Made by a program: the position numbers and the translations under genes. From positions 253,500 to 317,499 of the forward strand of contig CAVUKA010000004.1 of NCBI GenBank assembly GCA_963741945.1: a DNA stretch of 64,000 nt, read 5' to 3'. The notes under the pieces were generated by a model that did not search any database, had not been told where the DNA came from, and saw only the letters and a program-made list of their open reading frames with translations. Each line of letters opens with the position of its first letter. Positions within the stretch are counted from its first letter, which is position 1. Shown here in pieces: positions 47,801 through 57,725 of the stretch. The stretch is from an uncultured Gemmatimonadales bacterium (GTDB lineage Bacteria; Gemmatimonadota; Gemmatimonadetes; Longimicrobiales; RSA9).

Positions 47801-48559
47801 ATGAGCGAAGCTCTGAGGGCCGTTGTGAGCTACCTGGATCGATACCTGGCGGTGAGCGAGATCCCGGACCATCCGAACGCCCTGAACGGGCTGCAGGTGG
47901 AGGCGCCGGGGCCGGTGACGCGCGTGGCGGCGGCGGTGGACGCATCGGCGGCATCGATCGAAGCGGCGATCGGTGCGGGATGCGAGCTGCTCCTGGTGCA
48001 CCATGGCCTGTTCTGGGATGGGAACCTGCCGGTGACCGGGCGCCGCTACCGGCGCTTGAAGGCGGCACTGCACGGCCGTCTGGGTGTGTACAGCGCGCAT
48101 CTGCCGCTGGACCTGCATCCGGAGGTGGGCAACAACGCGCTGCTGGCGAAGGCGCTCGGGATCGCGGTGGGCGGCCGCTTCGGGGCCCACGAGGGCATGA
48201 CGCTGGGCGTGTGGGGCGAATGGGAGGGGACGCGGGACGAGCTGCGGGAAGCGCTCTCGGCTGTTCTCGGGGGACCGGTTCGCCTGATTGCCGGAGGTGC
48301 CGAGCGGATCCGGCGGGTGGGCGTGCTGACGGGCGGGGGCGGCGGTTACGCCAGAGAGGCGGTCGAGGGGGGACTGGACGCCCTGGTGACGGGGGAAGGG
48401 TCGCACCACACGTACTTCGATGCGGTGGAGGGCGGACTGAACCTGTATTACGGTGGCCATTATGCCACCGAGACGCTGGGCGTCCGCGCACTGGCGGCGC
48501 ACGTGGCCGACCGTTTCGGGCTCGACTGGGAGTTCCTGGATCAGCCCACCGGCCTGTGA
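47801..48559 (+). CDS. Nif3-like dinuclear metal centre protein (YbgI family)
   Basis: NGLQV, VHHGLFW, HLPLD.H...GNN and GHYATE motifs. Confidence 0.93.
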   Translation: MSEALRAVVSYLDRYLAVSEIPDHPNALNGLQVEAPGPVTRVAAAVDASAASIEAAIGAGCELLLVHHGLFWDGNLPVTGRRYRRLKAALHGRLGVYSAHLPLDLHPEVGNNALLAKALGIAVGGRFGAHEGMTLGVWGEWEGTRDELREALSAVLGGPVRLIAGGAERIRRVGVLTGGGGGYAREAVEGGLDALVTGEGSHHTYFDAVEGGLNLYYGGHYATETLGVRALAAHVADRFGLDWEFLDQPTGL

Positions 48560-48573
48560 GCTGATCCGGGGGT

Positions 48574-50205
48574 TCAGGGACTGCGGGTGCGGGGCGCGCC
48601 GCGGGCACCGGGGTTCCAGGAAGGGCGCCCGGGTGCGGTGGCCACGTCGTAGCCGATTCCGAAGATCAGCCGGGCCTGCTGGGCCGCACCCTCCAGGTCG
48701 AAGGCGGGGTCGTACTGGTCGGACGGCTTGTGATAGCGCCGGGCCAGGTACTCGTTCAGGACGTTCTCGCCCCAGGAAGGCGGCCGTCCGCGGAAGCGGA
48801 GCCCGTGCTGCACGAAGATCGCGGGCACGCCGGCGCGGGCGAACGGGAACTGGTCCGAGCGGAAGAACGCGCCGTTCTCGGGCGCCGGATCCGATCTCAC
48901 TTCCATGCCGGCTTCGGCCGCGCGTCGCTCGACCACCTCACCCAGGGTGGAGCTGCCGGCCCCGAGGGCGACGACGTCCCCGGTTTCGCCCCAGACGCTC
49001 GCGCCATCGATATTGATGGCGGCCACGGTGCGGGCGAGGGGGATGAGGGGGTGGCGGGTGTAGTACGTGCTTCCCAGGAGCCCGGGCTCTTCCGCGCCGG
49101 TGGCCATGAAGAGCAGCCCGCGCGCGGGCCCGGGCTCGAGCCGTGAGAACGCCCGCGCGATCTCCAGCAGGACGCCCACGCCGCTGGCGTTGTCGTACGC
49201 CCCGTTGTAGATGGAGTCCCCCGTGGCGTCCGGTGCGCCGACGCCCAGGTGGTCGTAATGGGCGGTGAAGAGCACGACTTCGTCGCTTAGCGCTCCGTCG
49301 CTCCCCGGCAGCCGGCCCACCACGTTCCTCGTCCGGAGCCTGCGAACCCGGCTGTGGAGCGTTGAGTGAACGGTGATGCCGGTGGGGAGCGGCCGGAAAT
49401 CTCGCCGTGCCGCGCGGACGTAGAGCTCATCCAGGCTCAGCCGGGCCGCCGCGAACGCGCGCGCAGCGAGATCGGCGGAGAGCCAGCCCTGGAGCGGGGC
49501 GGCCGCTCCCGTGGACCCATCATCGAGCATGAACTGCTCGCCCGTCCAGGAGGTCTGGACGACATCCCAGCCGTAGCCGGCAGCTTGCGGGGCATGGATG
49601 ATCAGCGCTCCCACGGCGCCGTGCCGCCGGGCCTGCTCGAGCTTGTACGTGTAGCGCCCGTAGTACGTGAGCGCCCGGCCGTCGAAGAGCTGCGGCTCAT
49701 CGGGAGGAGCTGGCGGGTCGCCGGCGAGGAAGACCAGCACCTTGCCGCGGACATCGCGCCCCTCGAAATCGTCCCAGCGCCATTCCGGCGCCTCGATCCC
49801 GTAGCCGACGAAGACCAGCTCCGCGCTCACGTCGATGGAGCGGGTGGGCGTGCCCGCCCACAGCACGGCCTCATCCGGGATGTCCGCCACCACGCGCTCG
49901 CCGCTCGTCTCGAAGTCGAGGGAGAGATCCGGGGGATCGCTCGTGATGCCGATCAGCGGGACGTCCTGGAAGTAGCTGCCGTCGACCGGCTGCAGCCCCA
50001 TCCCCATGAAACCGGCAGCGATGTAGTCGGCGGCCAGCCTGCCGCCCCGCGTGCCCGGGGCTCGGCCGCGGAGGGCGTCCAGGGAGAGGAAGTACAGGTG
50101 CGAGCGGATGCGCTCGGCGCTGATCCCGTCGCGGGCTTCCTGGAAGCCCACTGCGGCGACCGTCGTCGTCAGCAGCGTGACTGCGATTCGTGCTAACCGG
50201 TGCAT
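48574..50205 (-). CDS. M28 family peptidase with PA domain
   Basis: AHYDH, NGAYDNASG, AEE.GLLGS, RSD and YHKPSD motifs. Confidence 0.92.
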   Translation of the reverse strand: MHRLARIAVTLLTTTVAAVGFQEARDGISAERIRSHLYFLSLDALRGRAPGTRGGRLAADYIAAGFMGMGLQPVDGSYFQDVPLIGITSDPPDLSLDFETSGERVVADIPDEAVLWAGTPTRSIDVSAELVFVGYGIEAPEWRWDDFEGRDVRGKVLVFLAGDPPAPPDEPQLFDGRALTYYGRYTYKLEQARRHGAVGALIIHAPQAAGYGWDVVQTSWTGEQFMLDDGSTGAAAPLQGWLSADLAARAFAAARLSLDELYVRAARRDFRPLPTGITVHSTLHSRVRRLRTRNVVGRLPGSDGALSDEVVLFTAHYDHLGVGAPDATGDSIYNGAYDNASGVGVLLEIARAFSRLEPGPARGLLFMATGAEEPGLLGSTYYTRHPLIPLARTVAAINIDGASVWGETGDVVALGAGSSTLGEVVERRAAEAGMEVRSDPAPENGAFFRSDQFPFARAGVPAIFVQHGLRFRGRPPSWGENVLNEYLARRYHKPSDQYDPAFDLEGAAQQARLIFGIGYDVATAPGRPSWNPGARGAPRTRSP

Positions 50206-50390
50206 GTGCGCTCCGGCGCCGTCCCCCTCCGGGAGGAGCGGACCGCGAGTACAGTGAAGTGGGTGCGAGGGGATCGAACGCCGTACGTAAACGGCCCGCG
50301 CCAGAAATCGCAAGCGTATGCCGGCCGGGGGTGGCGCCATGACGGCGAGCCGCCGTATTCTTCCTCCCCCATTTCCCATCCGACCGAGCC

Positions 50391-53054
50391 ATGACGCACA
50401 TCACGATTCGCGGTCACGCTGGCCGCCTGCTGGCATTCGCGGCCATTTTCGCCCTGTCCGGCCTCCCGGCCCGGGTCGCGGCGCAGCGCCCATCCAGTCC
50501 CACGCCACCCGCCCCCTCTCTCCCCGCGTGGGAGACGGACGGGACGTTCGCGGACATCCCGCACCCTCGCGACACGTTCGGGTTCGAGCCCGGCTCCGAC
50601 TACAAGCTGGCCACGAACGACCAGATCGTGGACTACTTCCACCGCCTGGACGCCGCCAGTGACCGGGTCAAGGTCGTGGAGATCGGACGGTCCGTCCTCG
50701 GCCGGCCCCTTCTCGTGGCCTTCATCTCCAGCGCGGAGAACATCGCGCGCCTGGACGACCTCCGGACCACCGCGGAGGCACTGGCGCGGGGCCAGGTCGA
50801 CGAGGCCCGGGCCCGGACCCTCGCCGCCACCGGAAAGGCCGTGGTCTGGATCGATGGCGGCCTTCACGCCACCGAAGTGGCCGGCGCGCAGCACACCCCC
50901 CTGATCGCCTACCGCGTGGCGGGAGAGGAGTCGGAGGAGATGCGCCGGATCCGCGACTCCGTGGTGCTCCTCCTCATGCCGGTCATGAACCCGGATGGGC
51001 TCGACATCGTGGCCGACTGGACCGCCCGCAGCAACGGCACCGCCTGGGAAGGAAGCAGCCCGCCCGTCCTCTATCACGTCTATGCCGGCCACGACAACAA
51101 CCGCGACTGGTACATGATGACGCAGCCGGAGACGCGGGCCGTGGCCGACGTGCTGTACAACCAGTGGTACCCGGAGATCGTCTACAACCAGCACCAGACG
51201 GCCCCCTGGCCCGCCCGCATCTTCATCCCGCCGTTCGCCAACCCGGTGAACCCGCGCATACCGGCGCTCGTGGTCCGCGGTGTCAACCTGGTCGGCGCGG
51301 CCATGGGCGAGCGGTTCAGCAGCGAAGGGAAGCCGGGCGCGCTATCGCATGACCGTTTCGACATGTGGTGGAACGGTGGAATGCGGACCGCGCCCTACTT
51401 CCACAACATGATCGGGATCCTGACCGAGACGGCGCACAACTCCGTGGTGCCGCGCTACACGGCACCGGAGAGTCTGCCCGGCTACATCGGGACGATTCCC
51501 GCGCGGGCGCCGAGCGTGTTCTATCCGGATCCGTGGCTGGGCGGCTGGTTCCGGCTGCGGGATGCGATGGAGTACATGATCACCGGGGACATGGGCGTGC
51601 TGGGACTGGCGGCGGACCGGCGGGCGGAGCTGCTGCTGAACAGCTGGCGTCTGGCGCGGCAGTCCATTGCGGCGGGGGCATCGGGGGATCCGTTCGCGTA
51701 CGTGATCCCCCCGGATCAGCGGAACCCGCGGGAGGCGGCGGCGCTGGCGGAGCTGCTGCGGGTGGGCGGAGTGGAGGTCGGTCGGACCGCGCGCGCGGTG
51801 CGGGTGGGCGGGCAGCGGTACGCGGCCGGGAGCTTCGTGATCCCGGCGTCGCAAGCGTTCCGGCCGGACCTGGTGGACCTGATGGAGGAGCAGGTCTACC
51901 CGGACATGCGGCAGTATCCCGGCGGCCCGCCGGATGTCCCGTACGACGTTTCGGGGTGGACGCTCCCGCTCCAGATGGATGTGCGGGTGGACCGGGTGGA
52001 CGGTGCGTTCGACCTTTCCGGGCTCGAGCCAGTGACGGGGGTGAGCGTTGCGGTGTGGCCGGGAACGGTGCGAGGAGAGGGGCGGTGGGGGTGGGCGCTG
52101 TCGCCGCAGGCCAACGCCGCGACGATCGCGGTGAACCGGCTTCTGGCGCTGGGCGCGCGGGTGGACGTGGCGACGAAGGGCGTGCAGTCGGGCGGGACAC
52201 GGCTGGGCCCCGGGGCGTTCGTGATCCGGGGCGTCGAGAAGCCGCGCCTGGAATCGCTGGCCGGGGAGCTCGGCGTGGACTTCACGGGACTGGAGCGAGC
52301 CCCGGAAGGCCAGCTGGGGGCGCTGCGCGCGCCGCGGGTCGGGATCTACAAATCGTGGCGGGCAAACGCGGACGAGGGCTGGACGCGCTGGACGCTGGAG
52401 CAGTACGGCTTCGCGCCGGACACGCTGCACGATGCGGACATCCGGACGGGGGAGCTGGGGCGGTACGACGCCATCATCCTGCCGAGCCAGCGCCCTTCGG
52501 ACATCACGCACGGCTATGCCCCCGGGACCCGTCCGCCCGAGATGACGGGCGGGCTCGGACTGGAAGGGCTGGCGCGGCTGCAGGCGTACGTGCAGGGCGG
52601 CGGGCGCCTGATCGCGTTCGACGAGGCCGCGTCGCTGGCCATCGATCAGTTCGGGCTGCCGGTGCGGAACACGCTGGAGGGGTTGTCCTCGCAGCAGTTC
52701 TTCGTGCCCGGAGCGCTGGTGCGGATCGAGATGGCGGAGGATCCGCTTTCGTACGGCATGCCGGAAGAGACGGCCGCGTTCTTCGACCGGAGCTCGGCGT
52801 TCGAGGTGACGCGCTCGGACGCGAACGTGGTGATGGCCGCGAAGTACGGGAAGGGCGATCCGCTGATGAGCGGGTGGGCGCTGGGCGCGGACCGCTACCT
52901 GGCGGGCGGTGGCGCGCTGGCCCGGGTACCGATGGGGGCGGGAGACGTGGTCCTGTTCGGCTTCAGGCCGCAGTTCCGGGGGCAGCCGCGGGGCACGTTC
53001 AAGCTGATCTTCAACGCGCTCTTCGGCGCGGCGACCGAGGCCGCGTCGAACTGA
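50391..53054 (+). CDS. M14 zinc carboxypeptidase family protein, secreted
   Basis: HATE zinc motif, NPDG, DNNRD, NQHQ; signal peptide. Confidence 0.9.
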   Translation: MTHITIRGHAGRLLAFAAIFALSGLPARVAAQRPSSPTPPAPSLPAWETDGTFADIPHPRDTFGFEPGSDYKLATNDQIVDYFHRLDAASDRVKVVEIGRSVLGRPLLVAFISSAENIARLDDLRTTAEALARGQVDEARARTLAATGKAVVWIDGGLHATEVAGAQHTPLIAYRVAGEESEEMRRIRDSVVLLLMPVMNPDGLDIVADWTARSNGTAWEGSSPPVLYHVYAGHDNNRDWYMMTQPETRAVADVLYNQWYPEIVYNQHQTAPWPARIFIPPFANPVNPRIPALVVRGVNLVGAAMGERFSSEGKPGALSHDRFDMWWNGGMRTAPYFHNMIGILTETAHNSVVPRYTAPESLPGYIGTIPARAPSVFYPDPWLGGWFRLRDAMEYMITGDMGVLGLAADRRAELLLNSWRLARQSIAAGASGDPFAYVIPPDQRNPREAAALAELLRVGGVEVGRTARAVRVGGQRYAAGSFVIPASQAFRPDLVDLMEEQVYPDMRQYPGGPPDVPYDVSGWTLPLQMDVRVDRVDGAFDLSGLEPVTGVSVAVWPGTVRGEGRWGWALSPQANAATIAVNRLLALGARVDVATKGVQSGGTRLGPGAFVIRGVEKPRLESLAGELGVDFTGLERAPEGQLGALRAPRVGIYKSWRANADEGWTRWTLEQYGFAPDTLHDADIRTGELGRYDAIILPSQRPSDITHGYAPGTRPPEMTGGLGLEGLARLQAYVQGGGRLIAFDEAASLAIDQFGLPVRNTLEGLSSQQFFVPGALVRIEMAEDPLSYGMPEETAAFFDRSSAFEVTRSDANVVMAAKYGKGDPLMSGWALGADRYLAGGGALARVPMGAGDVVLFGFRPQFRGQPRGTFKLIFNALFGAATEAASN

Positions 53055-53059
53055 GAAAC

Positions 53060-53096
53060 GGAACGGCGGCCGGGTCCAGTGCCCGGCCGCCGTTCC
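53060..53096. terminator. Hairpin between convergent genes
   Basis: 15-bp stem GGAACGGCGGCCGGG/CCCGGCCGCCGTTCC. Confidence 0.65.
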
Positions 53097-53130
53097 CGGC
53101 CGCCCCGTGCAGCCCGATTGCCGCGCCCGG

Positions 53131-53889
53131 TCAGCTCTCGCCGACGAAAGCCCGGGCGTCCTTGCGATAGAGCTCCAGCATCGGCTGGTGCTCCACGTAC
53201 TCCTGCCGCGGCTTGGCCGACTCCTGGGGATAGGCCTCGAGCAGGCGGCGGTAGAGCTCGCGGGCCCGGGCCGAGTCTCCCTCCGCAGTGGCGGCTTCGG
53301 CTTTCACGCCGAGCCCCAGGATGTTGTTCGGGTCCTCGCCCAGCAGGCGATCAGCCGCGGTGCTGGCCCGAGGATAGTCGCCCGCGGTCAGGTGAAGAAG
53401 GGCCAGGTGGTAGATGCCGTCGGCGTCCAGGTCCTCCACCATCCCGTACGCCTGGATCGCCATGGGCATGAACTGCTCCACCTCCGCCTGGTTCCCGGAC
53501 TCCGCGGCGGACATGATGCGGTTGAACAGCCGGTCGGCGTTCACGCGCATGTCGTTGCTCAGGCCGCCCATGCCGGGCGCCCCGTCCTGCTCGCCCGGCG
53601 CGAACGGCGCGGCCGCGGCGCCCGAGCCGGTCATGGACGCGGGACCCGCCCGCTCCGTGCGCCTCGGGACGAGGAAGACGAGCACGATGACGAAGATCGC
53701 CGCGGCGGCGATCACCCACCCCGCCTTCGAGCGTCGTCTGCTGCCCAGTCGCGTGCCGCACTGCGTGCAGAAATCCGCGCCCGCCCGGACGGGCGCGCCA
53801 CACGACGGACAGGTTGCATTCAGGGCCGCGCCGCACTCGGCGCAGTAGCTGCCGGTCTGGTCCGGGGCGTTGCAGTTGGGGCAGTTCAT
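53131..53889 (-). CDS. Double zinc ribbon + TM + TPR-like protein
   Basis: Four CxxC pairs, a hydrophobic helix and TPR-like C-terminal helices. Confidence 0.82.
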   Translation of the reverse strand: MNCPNCNAPDQTGSYCAECGAALNATCPSCGAPVRAGADFCTQCGTRLGSRRRSKAGWVIAAAAIFVIVLVFLVPRRTERAGPASMTGSGAAAAPFAPGEQDGAPGMGGLSNDMRVNADRLFNRIMSAAESGNQAEVEQFMPMAIQAYGMVEDLDADGIYHLALLHLTAGDYPRASTAADRLLGEDPNNILGLGVKAEAATAEGDSARARELYRRLLEAYPQESAKPRQEYVEHQPMLELYRKDARAFVGES

Positions 53890-54013
53890 GCGGCAAAGAT
53901 AATGACAAGTCCAAGACCGCGCCGTGGCGGAGCGCGGGTGGCGGCCGGCGGGGTGGGTCGGGTAGCTTCCGGGCGGACCATGGGAAGCGATTCGGAGGGA
54001 GGGGAGGCGGCAA

Positions 54014-55012
54014 GTGAAGGTCTTCCTCACGGGCGGGACGGGACTGATCGGCTCGCACGTGGCCGAGCGCCTGCGCGGGCGCGGCGGCGAGGTGGTTGCG
54101 CTGGTGCGGGAAACGAGCGACACCCGGCACCTCGCGGCGCTCGGCTGCACGCTGGTGGCGGGCGACGTCATGGACCCTGCGCGGGGGACGGCGGAGCGGA
54201 TGGCGGGGTGCGACGCGGTGGTCCACGCGGCGGCCAAGGTATTCCAGAAGGGGACCAGGGCCGAGTACGTGCGTCTGAACGTGGAGGGAACGGAGCGCGT
54301 GCTGGCGGCCGCGGCCCTGGCGGTGCCGAGAGTGGTGCACCTTTCCAGCGTGGCCGTATACGCAGGGGTTCCCATGGACCGTCCGCTCACCGAGGACCGG
54401 TGGGCAATGGCGGACCCGGAGCGGCAGGGCGCCTACGCCGCGTCCAAGCACCTGTCGGAGCAGGCGGCGTGGCGACGTCATGACGCGGGCGACATCCGGC
54501 TCACCACCGTCCGGCCGAGCGTGGTCTACGGCGAGCGGGACCGCTCGGCCACGCCGGTGCTCATGCGCTGGATCCGGCTTCCCGTGGTCCCGCTGCCGGG
54601 GGGCGGACGGACCACGCTCCCGCTGGTCTACGCGGGCAATGTGGCGGCGGGCGTGCTGGCCGCGCTCGACCGCGAAGAATCCGTGGGCCGGTCGTACAAC
54701 CTGGCCATGGATGAGCCGATCACCGCGGCGCGGCTGGCCGAGCGGCTGTCGGCGGAGCTCGGTCTCGAGCTCCACACGGTCCGGATCCCCGCCGCCGCGA
54801 CGCGGGCGCTGGCCGCCGCACTGGCCGCCGCGGCCCCGCTCCTGCCGCGGCGCAAGCTGACGGACCTGATCCGCGGTGCCCGGTCGCTGTCGCAGGACAA
54901 CCCGTACCCGGCCGGGCGGGCACGGTTGGAGCTGGACTGGACCACGATGATCCCCCACGAGGAGGGGATCCACAGAACCATTGCCTGGTGGCGCAGCAAG
55001 GAGAGGGCATGA
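54014..55012 (+). CDS. NAD-dependent epimerase/dehydratase
   Basis: TGGTGLIG, HAAA, SSVAVY, YAASK and RPSVVYG motifs. Confidence 0.9.
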   Translation: MKVFLTGGTGLIGSHVAERLRGRGGEVVALVRETSDTRHLAALGCTLVAGDVMDPARGTAERMAGCDAVVHAAAKVFQKGTRAEYVRLNVEGTERVLAAAALAVPRVVHLSSVAVYAGVPMDRPLTEDRWAMADPERQGAYAASKHLSEQAAWRRHDAGDIRLTTVRPSVVYGERDRSATPVLMRWIRLPVVPLPGGGRTTLPLVYAGNVAAGVLAALDREESVGRSYNLAMDEPITAARLAERLSAELGLELHTVRIPAAATRALAAALAAAAPLLPRRKLTDLIRGARSLSQDNPYPAGRARLELDWTTMIPHEEGIHRTIAWWRSKERA

Positions 55013-55866
55013 CGGAACGCGAAGTGGACCCGACGCAGGGCGGAGGCCCGGTGGACGACCCGGGGCAGCAGGAGGTCCCGGGTCTCAACCGCCCGGAATC
55101 GGACAACGGCATGGACCGGGAGACCGAGGACGAGCGGCTTCTGCAGCGTCGGATGGCGGAGGAAGCCGAGTTCATCCACACGGATCCGTGGCGCGTGTTC
55201 CGGATCATGGGCGAGTTCGTCGAAGGCTTCGACACCCTCGCCGACCTCGGCCCCGCGGTGTCCATCTTCGGGAGCGCCCGGGTCTCCAGCGACGACCCCT
55301 GGTACGCGGCCGCCGAGCGCACGGCCGCGCTTTTCGCCGCCAGCGGCTTCGGCGTGATCACGGGCGGCGGCCCCGGGATCATGGAGGCTGCGAACAAGGG
55401 GGCCGCCGAGGCGGGCGGCCGCTCCATCGGGTGCAACATCGAGCTGCCGTTCGAGCAGGGGATGAACCGGTACGTGCGGACCGCCATCAACTTCCGCTAC
55501 TTCTTCGTGCGCAAGACCATGTTCGTGAAGTACGCCGAGGGGTTCATCATCTTTCCCGGCGGCTTCGGGACCATGGACGAGCTGTTCGAGTCGCTCACCC
55601 TGATCCAGACGCGGAAGGTGCGCCACTTCCCCGTGGTGCTCATGGGTGCCGACTACTGGGGCGGTCTGCTCGAGTGGATGCGGAGTGTCATGGCGGCGGG
55701 GGGCAAGATCGGCGACCAGGACCTCTCGCTCGTCACGGTCACCGACTCGCCGGAGGAAGCGGTCCGCCACGTCCTCGAGGCGCAGGAGAAGCAGCGGGCG
55801 GCGGCGGTGCAGCGCGCGCACCGCCGGAGCAAGCGGGCGAACGTGGGACGGGCGAACGGGGGGTGA
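55009..55866 (+). CDS. LOG family nucleotide phosphoribohydrolase (TIGR00730-like)
   Basis: FGSAR, TGGGPGIMEA and PGGFGTMDE motifs. Confidence 0.93.
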   Translation: MTEREVDPTQGGGPVDDPGQQEVPGLNRPESDNGMDRETEDERLLQRRMAEEAEFIHTDPWRVFRIMGEFVEGFDTLADLGPAVSIFGSARVSSDDPWYAAAERTAALFAASGFGVITGGGPGIMEAANKGAAEAGGRSIGCNIELPFEQGMNRYVRTAINFRYFFVRKTMFVKYAEGFIIFPGGFGTMDELFESLTLIQTRKVRHFPVVLMGADYWGGLLEWMRSVMAAGGKIGDQDLSLVTVTDSPEEAVRHVLEAQEKQRAAAVQRAHRRSKRANVGRANGG

Positions 55867-55888
55867 CGGCGGTCGATCGCCCGCTCGG

Positions 55889-57724
55889 TCACCGGGTCGG
55901 GGGGGCGCCCCCCTCTCCCGCCGGCTCCAGCCGGCCCAGGCGGGCGATGCTGTCGCCGCCCAGGACCTGCAGGTGCCACTCGCGCTCTTCCACCGCGCCC
56001 GGCGGGACCGGGAGGATCAGGTAGCGGGTGTCCAGGTTCTCCACGCCCAGGTGGGGCGGGTAGTAGGCGGAGAGGACAATCACGCGGGCGCCCGCGGCGC
56101 CGGCATAGCGGATGATCCGGGGCAGCGAAGCGTAGGGGAGCACGCGCCAGTCCCGGTTCGCGAACACGGCCAGGGCCGGGTGCCAGCTCATGACCGGGCC
56201 CGGCGTGCGGGCGGTGAGAGAGTCCACCTCAGCGGCCACCTGGCGGTTCTGGGCACCCACCACGTGGTGCGGCGAGCCGACGCTGAGGCTCATGTAGAGG
56301 CGCCAGCCGTTGATGGAGAGCAGCCACGCGATGGCCACCGACGCCAGCACCAGCTCCACGAACCCGGGCCGAAGCACGTTCCCGTGCGTCCGCTGCCGGA
56401 CTTCCCGTTCGATGAGCGAGAATCCACGCGCGGCATAGAAGGCGAGCAGCGGCACCAGGAAGAGCTGCGTGCGCGGGTCGACCGCCACCAGCGCGGCTAT
56501 GGCGACGCTGGTGCCCGCCAGCGACAGCGTGACCGGCAGCTCCTTCCGCAGCACGCTCCACGGCCGGGGCGCGGCCACGCCCAGGATGACGAACGGCCAC
56601 AGGAGCAGGGGGAGGATGATCCCGAGGGCGCGGAAGTAGAGGGCGAGGGCGGAGGGAGGGCCGGAGCGCGGCTGTGGCGCGGGGCTGGTCGACGCGGCGG
56701 GCTCCACCACGGTGTCGGCTGCGCCGCCCGGGGCCGAGTCCGCGGGCTCGAAGGGCGGCGCGGGCTGCGCCTCCGCCGTCGCCTGATCGGGCTCCGTACG
56801 GCCACTGTCCGCGTAGATCCCCCAGTACGTGCTCCTGAGCCGTAGCCCGCTGGCGTCCAGGGCGTACAGGCGCCGCTGGTAGGTGGGGTCGTCGGACCAG
56901 AGCATGCGCTCGATCGTGGATGCGGCGCCGCTCCGTTCACCCCTGCTGACCACGCGGGCGGCGGCCGTTGTAGGCGCGATGCCGCGGCCGGTGAGCATCC
57001 ACTCTCCCGTGACGCCGTGCAGGTACGCCCAGTACGGCGACCCGATGGCGAGGAACGCCAGGCCCATCACGGTAGCCCCGATGAACCGGTGGAGCGACCG
57101 CCTTCGTGCGGCGAGAGCGAGGGCGGCGAGGCCGAGGAGGCCCCAGGTGAGGATGGCCTCCGGCCGGGCCAGGAAGGCGAGGGCGAAAAGGCCGCCGGAA
57201 AGCGCCCAGCGCCCGGCACCTCCGCGCTCGTCGGCGTCGAGCCAGACGGCGATCGCCGTGAACAGGAGGAGGTAATGGAGGGGCCCGGCGCCCACCCAGA
57301 GGTCGGCGCCGACCCAGTACGCGGCGACGAACGGGGCGAGGGACGGCATGACCGCCACCAGGGCAACAGCGATGAAGGCGGTGCGCCGGGGGGCGAGCCG
57401 GCGGAACACGGCCCAGGCCGGGAGCACGAGGAGGCCGGACGCGACGGCAGCGACGATGCGCCCGCCCCAGAGCCAGCTGTGGATCAGCGCGCCCACGCCG
57501 CCCGCGACCAGGGGGAAGAGCGGCGAAAGCGCGATATGCGGGATCCCCACGAGCGAGAACCCCTGCCCGGTCCAGAGCGAGCGGCCAAGGAGGAGATAGA
57601 AGCCCTCGTCGAAGGCCACGTAGCCGCCGCGTCCGAGGAAGAGGAGGAGGCGGAGGAGGGTGGCGGCGAGGGCGAGGGCGAGGACGCCATGCGGGATGGC
57701 GCGGGTGTCAGTGCTTTCGCTCAC
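55889..57724 (-). CDS. GT-C fold membrane glycosyltransferase (family 39/83-like)
   Basis: DE motif after TM1 (FDEGFY), multiple TM helices, LARPE. Confidence 0.75.
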   Translation of the reverse strand: MSESTDTRAIPHGVLALALAATLLRLLLFLGRGGYVAFDEGFYLLLGRSLWTGQGFSLVGIPHIALSPLFPLVAGGVGALIHSWLWGGRIVAAVASGLLVLPAWAVFRRLAPRRTAFIAVALVAVMPSLAPFVAAYWVGADLWVGAGPLHYLLLFTAIAVWLDADERGGAGRWALSGGLFALAFLARPEAILTWGLLGLAALALAARRRSLHRFIGATVMGLAFLAIGSPYWAYLHGVTGEWMLTGRGIAPTTAAARVVSRGERSGAASTIERMLWSDDPTYQRRLYALDASGLRLRSTYWGIYADSGRTEPDQATAEAQPAPPFEPADSAPGGAADTVVEPAASTSPAPQPRSGPPSALALYFRALGIILPLLLWPFVILGVAAPRPWSVLRKELPVTLSLAGTSVAIAALVAVDPRTQLFLVPLLAFYAARGFSLIEREVRQRTHGNVLRPGFVELVLASVAIAWLLSINGWRLYMSLSVGSPHHVVGAQNRQVAAEVDSLTARTPGPVMSWHPALAVFANRDWRVLPYASLPRIIRYAGAAGARVIVLSAYYPPHLGVENLDTRYLILPVPPGAVEEREWHLQVLGGDSIARLGRLEPAGEGGAPPTR

Positions 57725-57725
57725 C

